Positions 18,943 through 32,605 are shown, counted from the first letter of the stretch. The stretch: 64,000 nucleotides of DNA from an uncultured Bdellovibrionales bacterium (GCA_938001965.1 CALLBC010000007.1:9709-73708), one strand, 5' to 3'. Numbers and translations: made by a program. The notes: a model not told the origin generated them from the letters alone.

Positions 18943-20334
18943 GTGAGTGGTATTCAGAGAATTCTAGTTGTTGATGATGAAAGTAGTTTACGTTCTGCCC
19001 TATTTAGAGCACTTAATAAAAAGTATCAAGTTATAACTGCAAGCAATGCTACTGAAGCCATTGCCTTAGCTCAAGGTGACCTAAACTTAGACTTAGCCCT
19101 CATTGATTTACGACTTCCTGATGGCAATGGCATCGAACTAATGACACAACTTCGCTCTAATCATGCCAACATGAAGACTATTATATTAACTGGTCATGGA
19201 ACGGTTGAACTCGCTGTTGAAGCCACTAAAAAAGGGGCATCACACTTTATTACTAAACCTTTTAATTTAGAAGAAGTTTTAAGTATTACCGAAAATCTAG
19301 TTTCACAAAAACAGTTAGAAATTGAAAATATTCAATTAAAAGCATCTATACAAACTAAGTATAAGTTTGAAAATATTGTGGGCCAAAGTGAAGAGTTAAC
19401 CCAAGTATTAAACTTAGTAGATAAAGTGGCCGGAACTGACTCAACAGTTCTGATCACTGGTGAAAGTGGAACCGGTAAAGAGTTAATCGCTCGTGCATTA
19501 CATTTTAATTCTAATCGATCAACAGCTCCATTTATTCCAATTAACTGCGGAGCCATTCCAAGTGAGTTACTTGAAAGTGAGTTATTCGGCCATGTAAAAG
19601 GCGCCTTTACTAATGCTGTTAATAGTCGCGCTGGACGTTTTGAGTTAGCTGAGGGCGGAACCATATTTTTTGATGAGATTGGTGATATGAGCCCACATTT
19701 ACAGGTAAAACTATTAAGAGTTTTACAAGACCGTAAATATGAGCCCATTGGGTCAACTAAAACTAAAACGGCTAATGTTAGAATTGTGGCAGCAACAAAC
19801 TTAAAACTTGAAGAAGCCGTGAAAAAGGGAACCTTCAGAGAAGACCTTTATTATAGACTAAATGTAATTCCCGTGACTTTACCAGCTCTAAGGGAGCGTA
19901 AATCTGATATTGCAGTTTTATTCCAGCACTTCATGGAAGCTTTTAATCGTAAAAACAAAACAGAAATTAAAGGACTATCTCCTGATACACTAAATATTTT
20001 GACTCATTATACTTGGCCAGGAAATATCCGTGAATTAGAAAACTTAGTTGAGCGCTTAAGTATTATCAAAGGAAAGGGAATCATTGAAACTTATGATTTA
20101 CCGCCTAAGTACAAGTCACAATCTAATTATTCGTTTAACTCTGATAAAATAGAAATTCCAGACACTGGTTTAGACTATAACTCAGCTGTTAATGCGTATG
20201 AAAACCAGTTAATCTTAAAAGCACTAGAAAAAACAGGCTGGAACAGAAACCAAGCCGCAATACTTTTAAAATTAAACCGCACCACCTTAGTTGAAAAGAT
20301 TAAGAAAAAGGGCCTAAAGCCTGCTGAAATATAA
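18943..20334 (+). CDS. Sigma-54-dependent response regulator (NtrC family)
   Basis: 463 aa, GTG start with AAGGA upstream. Receiver domain (ILVVDDE...D..LPDG), AAA+ Walker A GESGTGKE, GAFTNA (GAFTGA variant), C-terminal Fis-type HTH. Confidence 0.9.
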   Translation: MSGIQRILVVDDESSLRSALFRALNKKYQVITASNATEAIALAQGDLNLDLALIDLRLPDGNGIELMTQLRSNHANMKTIILTGHGTVELAVEATKKGASHFITKPFNLEEVLSITENLVSQKQLEIENIQLKASIQTKYKFENIVGQSEELTQVLNLVDKVAGTDSTVLITGESGTGKELIARALHFNSNRSTAPFIPINCGAIPSELLESELFGHVKGAFTNAVNSRAGRFELAEGGTIFFDEIGDMSPHLQVKLLRVLQDRKYEPIGSTKTKTANVRIVAATNLKLEEAVKKGTFREDLYYRLNVIPVTLPALRERKSDIAVLFQHFMEAFNRKNKTEIKGLSPDTLNILTHYTWPGNIRELENLVERLSIIKGKGIIETYDLPPKYKSQSNYSFNSDKIEIPDTGLDYNSAVNAYENQLILKALEKTGWNRNQAAILLKLNRTTLVEKIKKKGLKPAEI

Positions 20335-20556
20335 TTACAGCACTAAGGCTCATAAATAGCTATTATCAGCCAGTATAATAATTTATCCAAACCACAATCT
20401 ATTACCCAATCAGAAGTGCACTTCAGTCATTAAGAGCCTTAAATAAACTTAATATTGTGACGAAAAAAAAAATTGGATAGTCAAAAGATACAATAGAACT
20501 GTTTAATGTTTTTTTACAAACACATGCTTAATTTGTAAGCAAAAAGGGGAAATTGA

Positions 20557-21438
20557 ATGGAAATGACTACATGGTTAAATACTGCAATTGAAAAAGGAAC
20601 TGAATTTGCTGTCTCTTATGGGCCTAAAATTATTGGTGCCATATTAACATACTGGATAGGATCCATAATTATTCGAAAAATTTCAGGTTTTGCTAGAAAA
20701 AGAATTGAAAACTCAGGCGTAGACGCCACTTTAGCACCCTTCTTTGCTAATATGTTTCAATCGATTTTAAAAGTTTTATTAGTACTTAGTGTGGTTGGAA
20801 TACTTGGAGTTGAAACAACTTCTTTTGCAGCTATATTAGCTGCTGCTGGTCTTGCGATTGGTATGGCACTACAAGGCTCGCTTGGTAACTTTGCTGGTGG
20901 AGTTTTACTTTTAATTTTCAGACCCTTTAGTGTTGGCGATGTAATCAAGGCACAAAACTTTGAAGGTGAAGTACAAGAGATTTTATTATTCGTTACGATT
21001 TTAAAGACTTTAGATAACAGAGTTATATATATCCCAAATGGTCCATTAGCTGGTGGACCAATTGAAAACTACTCTCGTGAAGAGTGGAGAAGAGTTGATA
21101 TGGACTTTAAAATCAGTGGAGCGCAGGATATCGATCAAGCTAGAAGTGTAATGCTAACTGCCATGAATAATGTTCAAGGTGTTGCCAAAACTCCCGAAGC
21201 CACAGTTGCCGTTACTGGTTTAACTGAGTACGCCACTCAACTACAAGCTCGCCCATACTGTAAACCTGCTGATTACTATAATGTTTGGGTAGCTTGCCAA
21301 GAAGCTATTAAAAAATCTTTAGCTACCCATAATATTATTGGTCCAACACCAAGCCAAAATGTAATTGTTAGCCAAGCTTCTGATTACTTAGGACATAAAA
21401 CAAAAGGAAATAACAACTCTGCTACAATAGTTCAATAG
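20557..21438 (+). CDS. Small-conductance mechanosensitive channel (MscS family)
   Basis: 293 aa. Three N-terminal TM helices with the Gly/Ala-rich pore helix (AAGLAIGMALQGSLGNFAGG) followed by FRPFSVGD and a beta domain. Confidence 0.85.
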   Translation: MEMTTWLNTAIEKGTEFAVSYGPKIIGAILTYWIGSIIIRKISGFARKRIENSGVDATLAPFFANMFQSILKVLLVLSVVGILGVETTSFAAILAAAGLAIGMALQGSLGNFAGGVLLLIFRPFSVGDVIKAQNFEGEVQEILLFVTILKTLDNRVIYIPNGPLAGGPIENYSREEWRRVDMDFKISGAQDIDQARSVMLTAMNNVQGVAKTPEATVAVTGLTEYATQLQARPYCKPADYYNVWVACQEAIKKSLATHNIIGPTPSQNVIVSQASDYLGHKTKGNNNSATIVQ

Positions 21439-21448
21439 CCATAAAAAG

Positions 21449-21478
21449 GGGGCATCGTTAATAAAATTTCGATGCACC
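21449..21478. terminator. Possible bidirectional intrinsic terminator
   Basis: GGGGCATCG (21449-21457) pairs with CGATGCACC (21470-21478) with one mismatch. On the minus strand it is followed by CTTTTTAT, on the plus strand by T-rich TATATTTATTT. Confidence 0.45.
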
Positions 21479-21664
21479 TATATTTATTTATAAATTAATA
21501 AAAGCTTATTGTTTTACTCTCTATGCAGCTCGTAAACAACTCTTACCACTTTATCAAATTCATTTCCTATATTGCATATAACCTCTAAACACTCATTCAA
21601 ATGATCACTGCAATTTATTAATACTTTTTTAACAGATCTGATAAATTAATTGATGGTACAGCTA

Positions 21665-22294
21665 TTAATTTTGCATTATTTCATAACCTAACTTATCGAA
21701 TAGTGGAATTAGCTTTTCAACAGGCCAAGCCCCTTTGCGAATAACTTTTATACTATCACCAGAAGTTTTTAAAATGGTGCTTGGTAAATTTCTATCTGAT
21801 TTAACTTCAGGCTGCCAGTCCACCACTTTTACCTCTTCAGGTAACCAACCCAAACCCTTCACATCAACTGCTGGTGGCTGACCACTTAAGTTAGCGCTAG
21901 TTGAAACAATTGGTGATTCAACTAGTAAAATAAATCGCTTTAACCAATCATGATTAGAGCATCTAAGACATAAAGTCCCATCATTACTACCTAATGAACT
22001 TGCAATTTTTTTATCTAGGGCAGGAAAAATAAAACTAACTGGACCTGGCCAAAATGATTTTAATAGTCTTTTTTCTTTTTGATTCAACATAACTAAGGTT
22101 TTAGCCATTTCTACGTCACGCACTAAAACACTAAGAGCTTGGTTGGTATTACGTCCCTTAATTTCGAAAATTTTATCAACAGCTGCTTGTTTATATATAG
22201 ATGCACCTAGGCCCCATACAGTTTCAGTGGGGTAAGCTATAACCTCACCATTATTAATTGCTTCAGATATATCAACAATATTAAATAACTTCAT
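21665..22294 (-). CDS. tsaC: L-threonylcarbamoyladenylate synthase (YrdC/TsaC type)
   Basis: 209 aa. YrdC-domain motifs YPTETVWGLG and STSANLSG. Confidence 0.85.
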   Translation of the reverse strand: MKLFNIVDISEAINNGEVIAYPTETVWGLGASIYKQAAVDKIFEIKGRNTNQALSVLVRDVEMAKTLVMLNQKEKRLLKSFWPGPVSFIFPALDKKIASSLGSNDGTLCLRCSNHDWLKRFILLVESPIVSTSANLSGQPPAVDVKGLGWLPEEVKVVDWQPEVKSDRNLPSTILKTSGDSIKVIRKGAWPVEKLIPLFDKLGYEIMQN

Positions 22295-23586
22295 TATATA
22301 CTAGATATCCCCGCACCTATATCTCGGCGCAATTGCATACCTTCCCAAGAAATTTCTTCTGATAGTTTATAAGCTTGGCTTAATGCTTCTTCATGTGTTG
22401 CACCCAAGCCAATTAGGTTTAATACTCGTCCACCATTGGTCACCCAATCACCCACATCATTTCGTTTAGTGCCAGCATGTAAAATGTAGCTAAAAGCACT
22501 ACTCGACTGTAAATTACCTTCAATCTTAACCCCTTTAACTGGGCTTGCCGGGTAATTTTCAGCCGCTAAAACTACACAGGAGATGCATTGTGTTTTCCAA
22601 GTTAACGGCTTTACTGTGCCGTCAGCAATATCAGAAAATACTTCTCCCCAATCCCCATCTAACAAAGGCAAGAGGGTTTGAGTTTCTGGGTCACCAAACC
22701 TTACATTATATTCAATAACCATTGGGCCACTTTCAGTAATCATTAAACCAACAAACACCACTCCCCTAAAATCAATGGAACTCTTATTAATATGATCCAC
22801 TGTGGGCTTAAGTATTTTTTCATGAATTTCTTTTTCAAGGTTAACATGGATGTTTAGTGGCGCAACCACACCCATTCCGCCAGTATTAGGGCCCTTACCA
22901 CCTTCTAACAGAGCTTTATGATCCTGAGCCAAAGGCATCGCCTGATACTCTTTACCATTTGTTAAAATTAAAAAACTTAATTCATAGCCCGGCTGAAACT
23001 CTTCTAATAAAGCCTTTTCACCTGAGGCCCCAAAAATTTTATCTTCAAAGCACCTTACTGCAAATGCTTTTAACTCTTTCAGAGTCTGGCAAACTGCCAC
23101 GCCCTTACCGGCAGCAAGTCCATCAGCCTTAAAAACATATGGTGCACTAAAGTTTTTAGCAGCTTCCATAGTTTCATCAACACTATTAACTACTTCAAAG
23201 TTAGCCGTTGGAATATTTGCATTTTTCATGAACTGCTTTGCAAAAACCTTACTCTCTTCTAACCTGGCACCACTCTTAGATGGGCCGAACACTTTTACGC
23301 CCCACGATCTTAAGTGATCAGCCAAACCGCTCACTAAATAGTTTTCTGGGCCAATAACAACTAAGTCGATTCTTTTTTGGCTAACAAAAGTTTTGAGTAA
23401 ATCTAAATTTTCTAAATCTATATCGTGAATGAAGGCTTCTTTCTTCATCCCTTCATTACCTGGAGCACAATGAAGTTCATGTATAGTTTGCGAAAAACTA
23501 AGAGCTTTTACTATTGCATGCTCTCTTCCACCCTTTCCTATAACTAATACATTCATATCTAAAACCTTATTAAAGTTTCTTATCAA
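22294..23586 (-). CDS. purD: Phosphoribosylamine--glycine ligase
   Basis: 430 aa. VLVIGKGGREHA N-terminus, ATP-grasp core, C-terminal GGRVL motif. Confidence 0.95.
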   Translation of the reverse strand: MIRNFNKVLDMNVLVIGKGGREHAIVKALSFSQTIHELHCAPGNEGMKKEAFIHDIDLENLDLLKTFVSQKRIDLVVIGPENYLVSGLADHLRSWGVKVFGPSKSGARLEESKVFAKQFMKNANIPTANFEVVNSVDETMEAAKNFSAPYVFKADGLAAGKGVAVCQTLKELKAFAVRCFEDKIFGASGEKALLEEFQPGYELSFLILTNGKEYQAMPLAQDHKALLEGGKGPNTGGMGVVAPLNIHVNLEKEIHEKILKPTVDHINKSSIDFRGVVFVGLMITESGPMVIEYNVRFGDPETQTLLPLLDGDWGEVFSDIADGTVKPLTWKTQCISCVVLAAENYPASPVKGVKIEGNLQSSSAFSYILHAGTKRNDVGDWVTNGGRVLNLIGLGATHEEALSQAYKLSEEISWEGMQLRRDIGAGISSI

Positions 23587-24880
23587 TTATTAACTTTTGC
23601 GAACTAGAAAACTTCTCTGGCTCAACATACAAACGTTCAATCAATCTGATCTCTTCATACTTTTGAAAGATTTCTGTACTTTCTTCAATTGAGTATGGCT
23701 TTGCTTGAGTATCATACTGGTCAACCACATAAATTGGAAAAGATTTTTCAGCCTGTGAAGCAGTATGATATTTACTAACACGTGCATAGGAACTAGACAA
23801 AATTGATGGAACACCAGATTTCTCTAACTCTGCTTGCATATTTTCAGTTCTATTATTGTTACCTGTTGAGTGAAGCTCAAAAAGCACTTTATAAGGTCTT
23901 CTCTCCGAAATCCTCTTCGCCCACTCATTATTAGACCCAGCTAAATGTTGATATAATAAATAATCATTATACTTAATGTACTCTTCTATATTACTTGGCA
24001 AAGCAAATTGATTATCTTTAGAGGTAAAGTACCTATAAAGCATTTCTTCGTAAATTACGCTTTTATGGTGAAAATACACCATTAAGTGCATATGATGTCT
24101 AGATAGTAAAAAATCATCAAATGTATATAAAGCTCTACGGTTTAAAGCTAAAAAAGCCTCATCATCTTTTATATGCATAGTTAAGTTTGCAATTAACCAG
24201 TGTAAGTCTACTTTCCCGTAACTAGTTCCACAATAATAGGCGTCTCTTTCCAGGTAGTCCATGCGGTCCACATCTATTTCAGAACTCACCATCTGGCTTA
24301 ATAAAGTTCTATAATCTACCCCTTGATCAACAAAAAAATCATCTGGGCAAATTAAACTTTTATCAATAAGGCAGGCCACATGAATTGGACTAATATCCTT
24401 AAAAGAGCTTTTTAAAATTTTTGTTAAACTGGAGTCCGTAATAAACTTAATTGAGTAATCTTCATGGTTGGCTTGTGTCTCTGGAGTGATCTCATCTGTG
24501 GCAACATCACTTCTTCTTTTGTCATAAGCTTTTACTTCAAGACCATTTAACTTTGGCATAACCTCTTCAGTGGTGTGACTTAAAGGCCCATGACCAATAT
24601 CGTGCAGCAATGCACCAAGCTTAACAGCTTCTCTCATTCTTAATTTCACATCGGAAGTACTAAAGTTATAGTTTTTAAATATATTATCAAAAACCACGCC
24701 GGCTAAGTGAGAAACACCCAAGGAGTGTAAGTATCGATTATGTGTGGCTCCTGGAAAACTAAATTCAGAAAAGCCCAACTGCTTAATAGCTCGCAACCTT
24801 TGATAAGCAGCGCTATCTATCACCTGATTAAATTCTGGACTGATTTCTATTGCACCATGAATGGGGTCTCTAATTTCCAT
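23570..24880 (-). CDS. HD-domain phosphohydrolase (dNTP triphosphohydrolase/SAMHD1-like family)
   Basis: 436 aa. HNRYLHSLGVSHL...LLHDIGHGPLSH...DRMDYLERD motifs. Overlaps the purD start by 17 nt. Confidence 0.8.
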   Translation of the reverse strand: MEIRDPIHGAIEISPEFNQVIDSAAYQRLRAIKQLGFSEFSFPGATHNRYLHSLGVSHLAGVVFDNIFKNYNFSTSDVKLRMREAVKLGALLHDIGHGPLSHTTEEVMPKLNGLEVKAYDKRRSDVATDEITPETQANHEDYSIKFITDSSLTKILKSSFKDISPIHVACLIDKSLICPDDFFVDQGVDYRTLLSQMVSSEIDVDRMDYLERDAYYCGTSYGKVDLHWLIANLTMHIKDDEAFLALNRRALYTFDDFLLSRHHMHLMVYFHHKSVIYEEMLYRYFTSKDNQFALPSNIEEYIKYNDYLLYQHLAGSNNEWAKRISERRPYKVLFELHSTGNNNRTENMQAELEKSGVPSILSSSYARVSKYHTASQAEKSFPIYVVDQYDTQAKPYSIEESTEIFQKYEEIRLIERLYVEPEKFSSSQKLIIDKKL

Positions 24881-25263
24881 ATTAAAAAAGGCCTCTTATT
24901 AAAAAGTAACTATATCAAGCATTTAACACATTATATTGCAGGAAGCCAACAGAAGCCCACAAATTCACCACCTAATGAAAAAACAACAATATATTACGAA
25001 TTCTAAGGACTTACTACGCCTGCCGCCCAAATTAAATTTGGTCAAAGTTTTAATTCGTAAGTAAACTTAATTTCTTAATTTTATAGCAAAGTCCTAAAAC
25101 CTTGAGTCATAGCCAATTATCTCTATCCCACCGCCATTTTTTACTGTTAAAATAAATCAACTCAAGGGTGACAAAAAGACAATCCACTTCAACAGATAGT
25201 TGTCTATAACCCCTTTAGTCCTTCTCTAACTTTATATCTTTACACTCTAAAGGGAGGTCAAAA

Positions 25264-26058
25264 ATGAAAACATACCTAAACCTAATTGAACATGTTTTAA
25301 AACACGGTGAGGAAAAAACTGACCGCACAGGAACAGGAACTAAAAGTGTTTTTGGGCACCAAATGAGATTCAACATTGAAAAAAGTTTCCCTTTATTAAC
25401 CACTAAAAAAGTTCATCTAAAGTCTATTATTCATGAACTTCTTTGGTTCTTAAGTGGTGACACTAATATTAAATACTTAAAAGATAATAAAGTTCGCATA
25501 TGGGATGAGTGGGCCGATGAAAACGGTGATCTTGGCCGAGTGTATGGTGCTCAGTGGAGGTCATGGCAGTCTCCTGATGGAAGCACCGTTGACCAAATTT
25601 CAAATGTCATTGATCAGATTAAAAACAACCCTGACTCTAGACGACTATTAGTAGTTGCCTATAACCCAGGAGAAGTTTCCACAATGGCTCTACCTCCTTG
25701 TCATGCTTTTTTTCAATTTTATGTAAGTAATGGTAAACTTTCCTGCCAACTTTACCAAAGAAGTGCTGATATTTTTCTTGGAGTTCCATTTAACATTGCT
25801 AGTTACGCATTACTAACAATGATGATTGCTCAAGTTTGCGATTTAGTTCCCCACGAGTTTATCCACACTTTAGGTGATGCACATATTTATAGTAATCATA
25901 TGGATCAAGTAAAACTACAACTTTCTAGAGACACTCGCGAACTTCCTAAGATGTCTATTAATCCAGATGTAAAAAGTATTTTTGACTTTAAATATGAAGA
26001 CTTTCAATTGTTAGACTATAACCCTCATCCTGGCATTAAAGGTCGGGTGGCTGTATGA
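25264..26058 (+). CDS. thyA: Thymidylate synthase (ThyA)
   Basis: 264 aa. DRTGTGT, active-site [12 protein letters not shown], and the C-terminus ...VAV. Confidence 0.97.
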   Translation: MKTYLNLIEHVLKHGEEKTDRTGTGTKSVFGHQMRFNIEKSFPLLTTKKVHLKSIIHELLWFLSGDTNIKYLKDNKVRIWDEWADENGDLGRVYGAQWRSWQSPDGSTVDQISNVIDQIKNNPDSRRLLVVAYNPGEVSTMALPPCHAFFQFYVSNGKLSCQLYQRSADIFLGVPFNIASYALLTMMIAQVCDLVPHEFIHTLGDAHIYSNHMDQVKLQLSRDTRELPKMSINPDVKSIFDFKYEDFQLLDYNPHPGIKGRVAV

Positions 26059-26552
26059 GTGAAATTACTTTTTCACATATAGTTGCAGCTTCTGAAAACA
26101 ATGTGATTGGCTGCGACGGCGGTTTACCTTGGGATATTCCTGAAGATATGAAGTTTTTCCGCGATAAAACAAAGGGAAAAATAATTATTATGGGGCGCAA
26201 AACTTTTGAGTCTGTTGGGCATCCACTCCCTAAAAGACTCAACTTAGTTGTAACTCGTCAAAAAGACTATAAAGCTGAAGGCGCAGAAGTGTTTCCAAGC
26301 CTTGAAGCAGCTATGGAGTACGCAAAAACTCGTATTAGTGATTATGATTCAGAAATTTTTGTTATCGGCGGTGGTGAGATTTACAAACAAAGCCTTAACC
26401 AAATGAATACAGTGTATTTAACCCGAATTCATAAAACAATTGATGGCGATGCTTATTATCCAGAAATCGATGAAGCGCAATTTGAGCTGTCAGCTAAAGA
26501 AGACCGAACAGAGCCTGTTCCCTTTAGCTTTTTAACTTATAAAAAAATATAA
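26055..26552 (+). CDS. folA: Dihydrofolate reductase
   Basis: 165 aa. [17 protein letters not shown] and VIGGGEIY motifs. ATGA overlap with thyA. Confidence 0.95.
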   Translation: MSEITFSHIVAASENNVIGCDGGLPWDIPEDMKFFRDKTKGKIIIMGRKTFESVGHPLPKRLNLVVTRQKDYKAEGAEVFPSLEAAMEYAKTRISDYDSEIFVIGGGEIYKQSLNQMNTVYLTRIHKTIDGDAYYPEIDEAQFELSAKEDRTEPVPFSFLTYKKI

Positions 26553-26595
26553 TTACCCAAAAACCTTTACATCTTATTAATAAATAGATATTGAG

Positions 26596-26747
26596 AGAGT
26601 TAAGTACCAGGGGCGCCTATAGGCTGAGATGGTTTTAACCAGTCCCTTTGAACCTGATCTGGTTAATACCAGCGTAGGAAGAGTGCAAAACAATAGGGAT
26701 CCCTCCCTAATGTCGCCCTACTCCTATGATTTTATATAGGAGCTTAT
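26596..26747 (+). promoter_or_regulatory. TPP (THI-box) riboswitch with SD-sequestering expression platform
   Basis: Aptamer core read directly: CCAGGGGCGCC..GGCTGAGA..ACCAGTCCCTTTGAACCTGATCTGGTTAATACCAGCGTAGGAA (26607-26680). Downstream, CTCCTAT (26721-26727) can pair with ATAGGAG (26736-26742), covering the AGGAG Shine-Dalgarno of thiM (ATG 26748). Confidence 0.9.
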
Positions 26748-27566
26748 ATGAAACAAGTTAATACCGATACTTTATGGAGCCACCTCAACAGCATTAGAGA
26801 ACAAGGCCCTCTAGTTCATAATATTACAAACTCTGTTGTTACCAATTTTACAGCCAATGCTTTATTAGCCACAGGTGCATCACCCTTAATGGCTCACGCC
26901 CCAGAGGAGCTCGAAGAGATTGTTTCAATCTCCGATTGTCTTGTGATTAATATTGGAACTTTAGATGCTAAACAAATACTATCCATGGAAAAGGCTATTC
27001 AATTTGCCAATCAAAAAAATAATCCTATCATCATTGATCCCGTTGGTGCTGGAGCGAGCAAGTTGCGCACAGAAACTGCCATTAAGTTAATTCAACAATC
27101 TAATAACTGCATCATTAAAGGTAATGGAAGCGAGATCATGTCACTGGCTTCATTAGCCATGACCCCCTCTAAAGGGGTCGATAGCACTGCTACTTCTAAT
27201 GAAGCTTTAACTGCTGCACAAAATTTAATTCATGAAAATAATAATATTAAAGTCATCATAATTACTGGTGAAACTGATTATGTAATTTCAAATTCACAAT
27301 CATCAAGTCACAGCAATGGCCACTGTATTATGAGTAAAGTTACTGGCATGGGTTGTTCTCTCGCCGCAATTACAGGAGCTTTTTGCTCTAACACCAATGA
27401 TTACTTCAAAGCCTCACAAAATGCAGTCAACTTTGTGGGCCTATGTGGAGAGCTTGCCAATGAAAAATCCAATGGACCAGGCTCTTTTACTATTAGCTTT
27501 TTTGACCAATTACATAATTTAACAGACCAAGAGATTAATAATAATTTAAGGTTTAATAAATGTTAG
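26748..27566 (+). CDS. thiM: Hydroxyethylthiazole kinase
   Basis: 272 aa. VHNITNSVVTNFTANALLATGASPLMA and ITGETD..., GMGC motifs. Confidence 0.92.
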   Translation: MKQVNTDTLWSHLNSIREQGPLVHNITNSVVTNFTANALLATGASPLMAHAPEELEEIVSISDCLVINIGTLDAKQILSMEKAIQFANQKNNPIIIDPVGAGASKLRTETAIKLIQQSNNCIIKGNGSEIMSLASLAMTPSKGVDSTATSNEALTAAQNLIHENNNIKVIIITGETDYVISNSQSSSHSNGHCIMSKVTGMGCSLAAITGAFCSNTNDYFKASQNAVNFVGLCGELANEKSNGPGSFTISFFDQLHNLTDQEINNNLRFNKC

Positions 27567-28207
27567 ATCCTTTTAGATTTCAATTGGTCACAGACAGCCA
27601 CTTGATGGCTCACCTTGGGGTGGAGAGCATTGTATTATCCGCCGTAAAAGCGGGAGTTAACCTTATTCAATTAAGAGAAAAAAATAATTCAACCAGGGAA
27701 TTCATAACTCTTGCTAAAAAAATAAAATTGTTATTAGCACCACACCAAATTCCCTTAGTTATAAATGATCGTGTTGATGTAGCTTTAGCCAGTAATGCCC
27801 ATGGCGTACACTTGGGGCAAACAGATATGACTTACACAGATGCAAGGAAATTACTGGGCCCCAGAGCCATTATTGGAATAACTCTAGAAAACAAATCACA
27901 GTTACAAAAAACAAAAGGTGAAAACATCAGCTACTTTGGAATTAGTTCTATTTATCCAACTAATACTAAAAATGATGTTTCAAACATATGGAATAACAGA
28001 GACATCATGGAGGTCAAAGAACAATCTACTAAACCCCTTATTGGAATTGGTGGAATTAACACTAATAATGTTAGAGATACTTTAAAAAAAGGGTTAGATG
28101 GCATTGCCGTCGTATCAGCAATTTGTAGCTCTAAATCATTAGAACAAGTGCAGAACAACACAGAGCAATTATTTAATGCTTTAAGAGAGAGTAATGGAAT
28201 CCACTGA
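27560..28207 (+). CDS. thiE: Thiamine-phosphate synthase
   Basis: 215 aa. LIQLREK, INDRVDVALA..A.GVHLGQ.D and GGI motifs. Overlaps thiM by 7 nt. Confidence 0.9.
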   Translation: MLDPFRFQLVTDSHLMAHLGVESIVLSAVKAGVNLIQLREKNNSTREFITLAKKIKLLLAPHQIPLVINDRVDVALASNAHGVHLGQTDMTYTDARKLLGPRAIIGITLENKSQLQKTKGENISYFGISSIYPTNTKNDVSNIWNNRDIMEVKEQSTKPLIGIGGINTNNVRDTLKKGLDGIAVVSAICSSKSLEQVQNNTEQLFNALRESNGIH

Positions 28208-29999
28208 ATTTAACTTCATTAACTCCATTAAAAGTAAGTTTTCTAATCAATATAGGGAAAACTCTATTGGTATTGGCGATGACTGCAGTGTCATCCCATT
28301 AAATGAAACTACATATCAACTAACCACAACCGACTTACTTGTTGAAAACATACACTTTATACGGAGTAAAAGTACTGGCTTTCAATTAGGTTACAAATCT
28401 TTAATGGTAAATTTAAGCGATATTGCCGCTATGGGTGGATATCCAAGCCAAGTGTACCTTTCCTTAGCAATACCAAAAAATTTGAATGAAAAATTTTTAG
28501 ATGAATTTATAAATGGATTTCATAACGGCTGCAAAGAATATGACTTACCTCTTTTGGGTGGAGACACAACGAGCTCAAAAAAAGAACTAACAATCAGTAT
28601 AACTGTACAAGGCACTGTAGATAAAAGTAACTTAAAGTTGAGGTCTGGTGCAAAAAGTGGCGATCTTATATGTGTCACATCAAACCTTGGTGATTCCGCA
28701 ATGGGACTAGAAGTAATTATAAATAATTTAAAAACAACTAATAACAAATTTTTCTTAGACAAGCACAACTTACCTAAAGCGCACATTAAAGAGGGAAATT
28801 TATTAGCAAGCCTCAATGGGGTAAATGCAATGATGGATATATCTGATGGTGTATCCTCAGATATTAAGCATATCTGCAATCTATCAAATTTGGGAGCCAA
28901 CATTCACCTTGACCAACTCCCTCTATCAGAGGACTACAAGCGCACCTGTAAACTGCATAATTTTGACTTATATGAAAAGGCCCTCAGTGGAGGAGAAGAC
29001 TACAATCTTATTTTCACCACCAATAAAAATGATTATCCTCTAATTGAAAATTCTTTTTTTAGTAAATTTAAGTCTCCAATCACTATAATTGGTCAAATGA
29101 CTTCTAATTCAAAAATTACTTACTTCGAAAACAACAAACCCACTGCCAAAGTATACTTGGGCTTTGACCATTTTAAGGAAGCACCCTCCCAAGAACTAAA
29201 AAAATATGAATGTGTCATGAGTATTGCAGGCTCTGACTCTGGTGGTGGAGCTGGAATACAAGCTGATCTTAAAACTATTTCTGCTTTGGGTGGGTACCCC
29301 ACTACCGCCATCACTTGTATTACAGCGCAAAACACAGTTGGAGTACAAAGTGTTCACCCTTTACCTATAGACATAATTACCAATCAGATATCAAGTATTA
29401 TCTCTGACATAAATACTAATACTATTAAAATTGGGCTACTTGCCAACAATAAAATCATTAAAGCAGTTTCTGATCTATTAGGAAAACTAAATAAAAATAA
29501 TTCTTATAAAATTATACTAGACCCCGTCATGATCGCAACTAGTGGAGATTTGCTATTAGAGGAAATAGCAATTAATACTATGATTCAAAATTTATTACCA
29601 CTCACTTATTTAGTTACACCAAATATTCATGAGGCTGAAACTTTAACAAAATTAAAAATCACATCTGAAGACGACGTAAAAAAATCTTGTCTTATGCTCC
29701 ATGAAATGGGAGCGAAAAATGTTTTAATTAAAGGTGGGCATATTAATAGTAATTTAGCTACAGACATACTTTTTATTAGTAATACAAAATCTTTTCATAA
29801 GTTCACAACAAATAAAATAATAACAAAAAATACTCACGGCACAGGCTGCACATTTTCAGCAGCCATAGCCACATTTTTAGCTAAAGGACTACCACTTAAA
29901 GACAGCGTAAAGCTCTCTAAAAATTTTATTCAAAATGCAATTTACGAAGGATCAAAATATCAACTGGGCAAGGGAGCAGGGCCTCTTAAACTCAATTAA
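28194..29999 (+). CDS. thiL-thiD: Fusion protein: thiamine-monophosphate kinase (ThiL, N-terminal ~325 aa) + hydroxymethylpyrimidine/phosphomethylpyrimidine kinase (ThiD, C-terminal ~270 aa)
   Basis: 601 aa, single uninterrupted ORF. The N-terminal half has ThiL motifs: [60 protein letters not shown]. From about residue 333 come ThiD motifs: [35 protein letters not shown], ...[11 protein letters not shown]. Confidence 0.9.
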   Translation: MESTEFNFINSIKSKFSNQYRENSIGIGDDCSVIPLNETTYQLTTTDLLVENIHFIRSKSTGFQLGYKSLMVNLSDIAAMGGYPSQVYLSLAIPKNLNEKFLDEFINGFHNGCKEYDLPLLGGDTTSSKKELTISITVQGTVDKSNLKLRSGAKSGDLICVTSNLGDSAMGLEVIINNLKTTNNKFFLDKHNLPKAHIKEGNLLASLNGVNAMMDISDGVSSDIKHICNLSNLGANIHLDQLPLSEDYKRTCKLHNFDLYEKALSGGEDYNLIFTTNKNDYPLIENSFFSKFKSPITIIGQMTSNSKITYFENNKPTAKVYLGFDHFKEAPSQELKKYECVMSIAGSDSGGGAGIQADLKTISALGGYPTTAITCITAQNTVGVQSVHPLPIDIITNQISSIISDINTNTIKIGLLANNKIIKAVSDLLGKLNKNNSYKIILDPVMIATSGDLLLEEIAINTMIQNLLPLTYLVTPNIHEAETLTKLKITSEDDVKKSCLMLHEMGAKNVLIKGGHINSNLATDILFISNTKSFHKFTTNKIITKNTHGTGCTFSAAIATFLAKGLPLKDSVKLSKNFIQNAIYEGSKYQLGKGAGPLKLN

Positions 30000-30004
30000 A
30001 ATAA

Positions 30005-32605
<2,601 letters not shown>

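Noticed and set aside
17632-19748. Antisense ORFs 17632-18000(-) and 19332-19748(-) inside the histidine kinase and NtrC-type genes
   Set aside because: They are fully embedded opposite confidently identified genes and have no motifs or RBS. This is typical shadow-ORF behaviour.
24740-25403. ORFs 24740-25006(+) and 25215-25403(-) in or near the HD-protein/thyA divergent spacer
   Set aside because: The first overlaps the HD gene start antisense and the second overlaps the thyA start antisense. Neither has an RBS or a recognisable motif.
28520-29335. ORFs 28520-28903(-), 28846-29043(+) and 29120-29335(-) inside thiL-thiD
   Set aside because: They are embedded in or out of frame with a gene whose translation matches ThiL/ThiD motifs end to end, so they are shadow ORFs.
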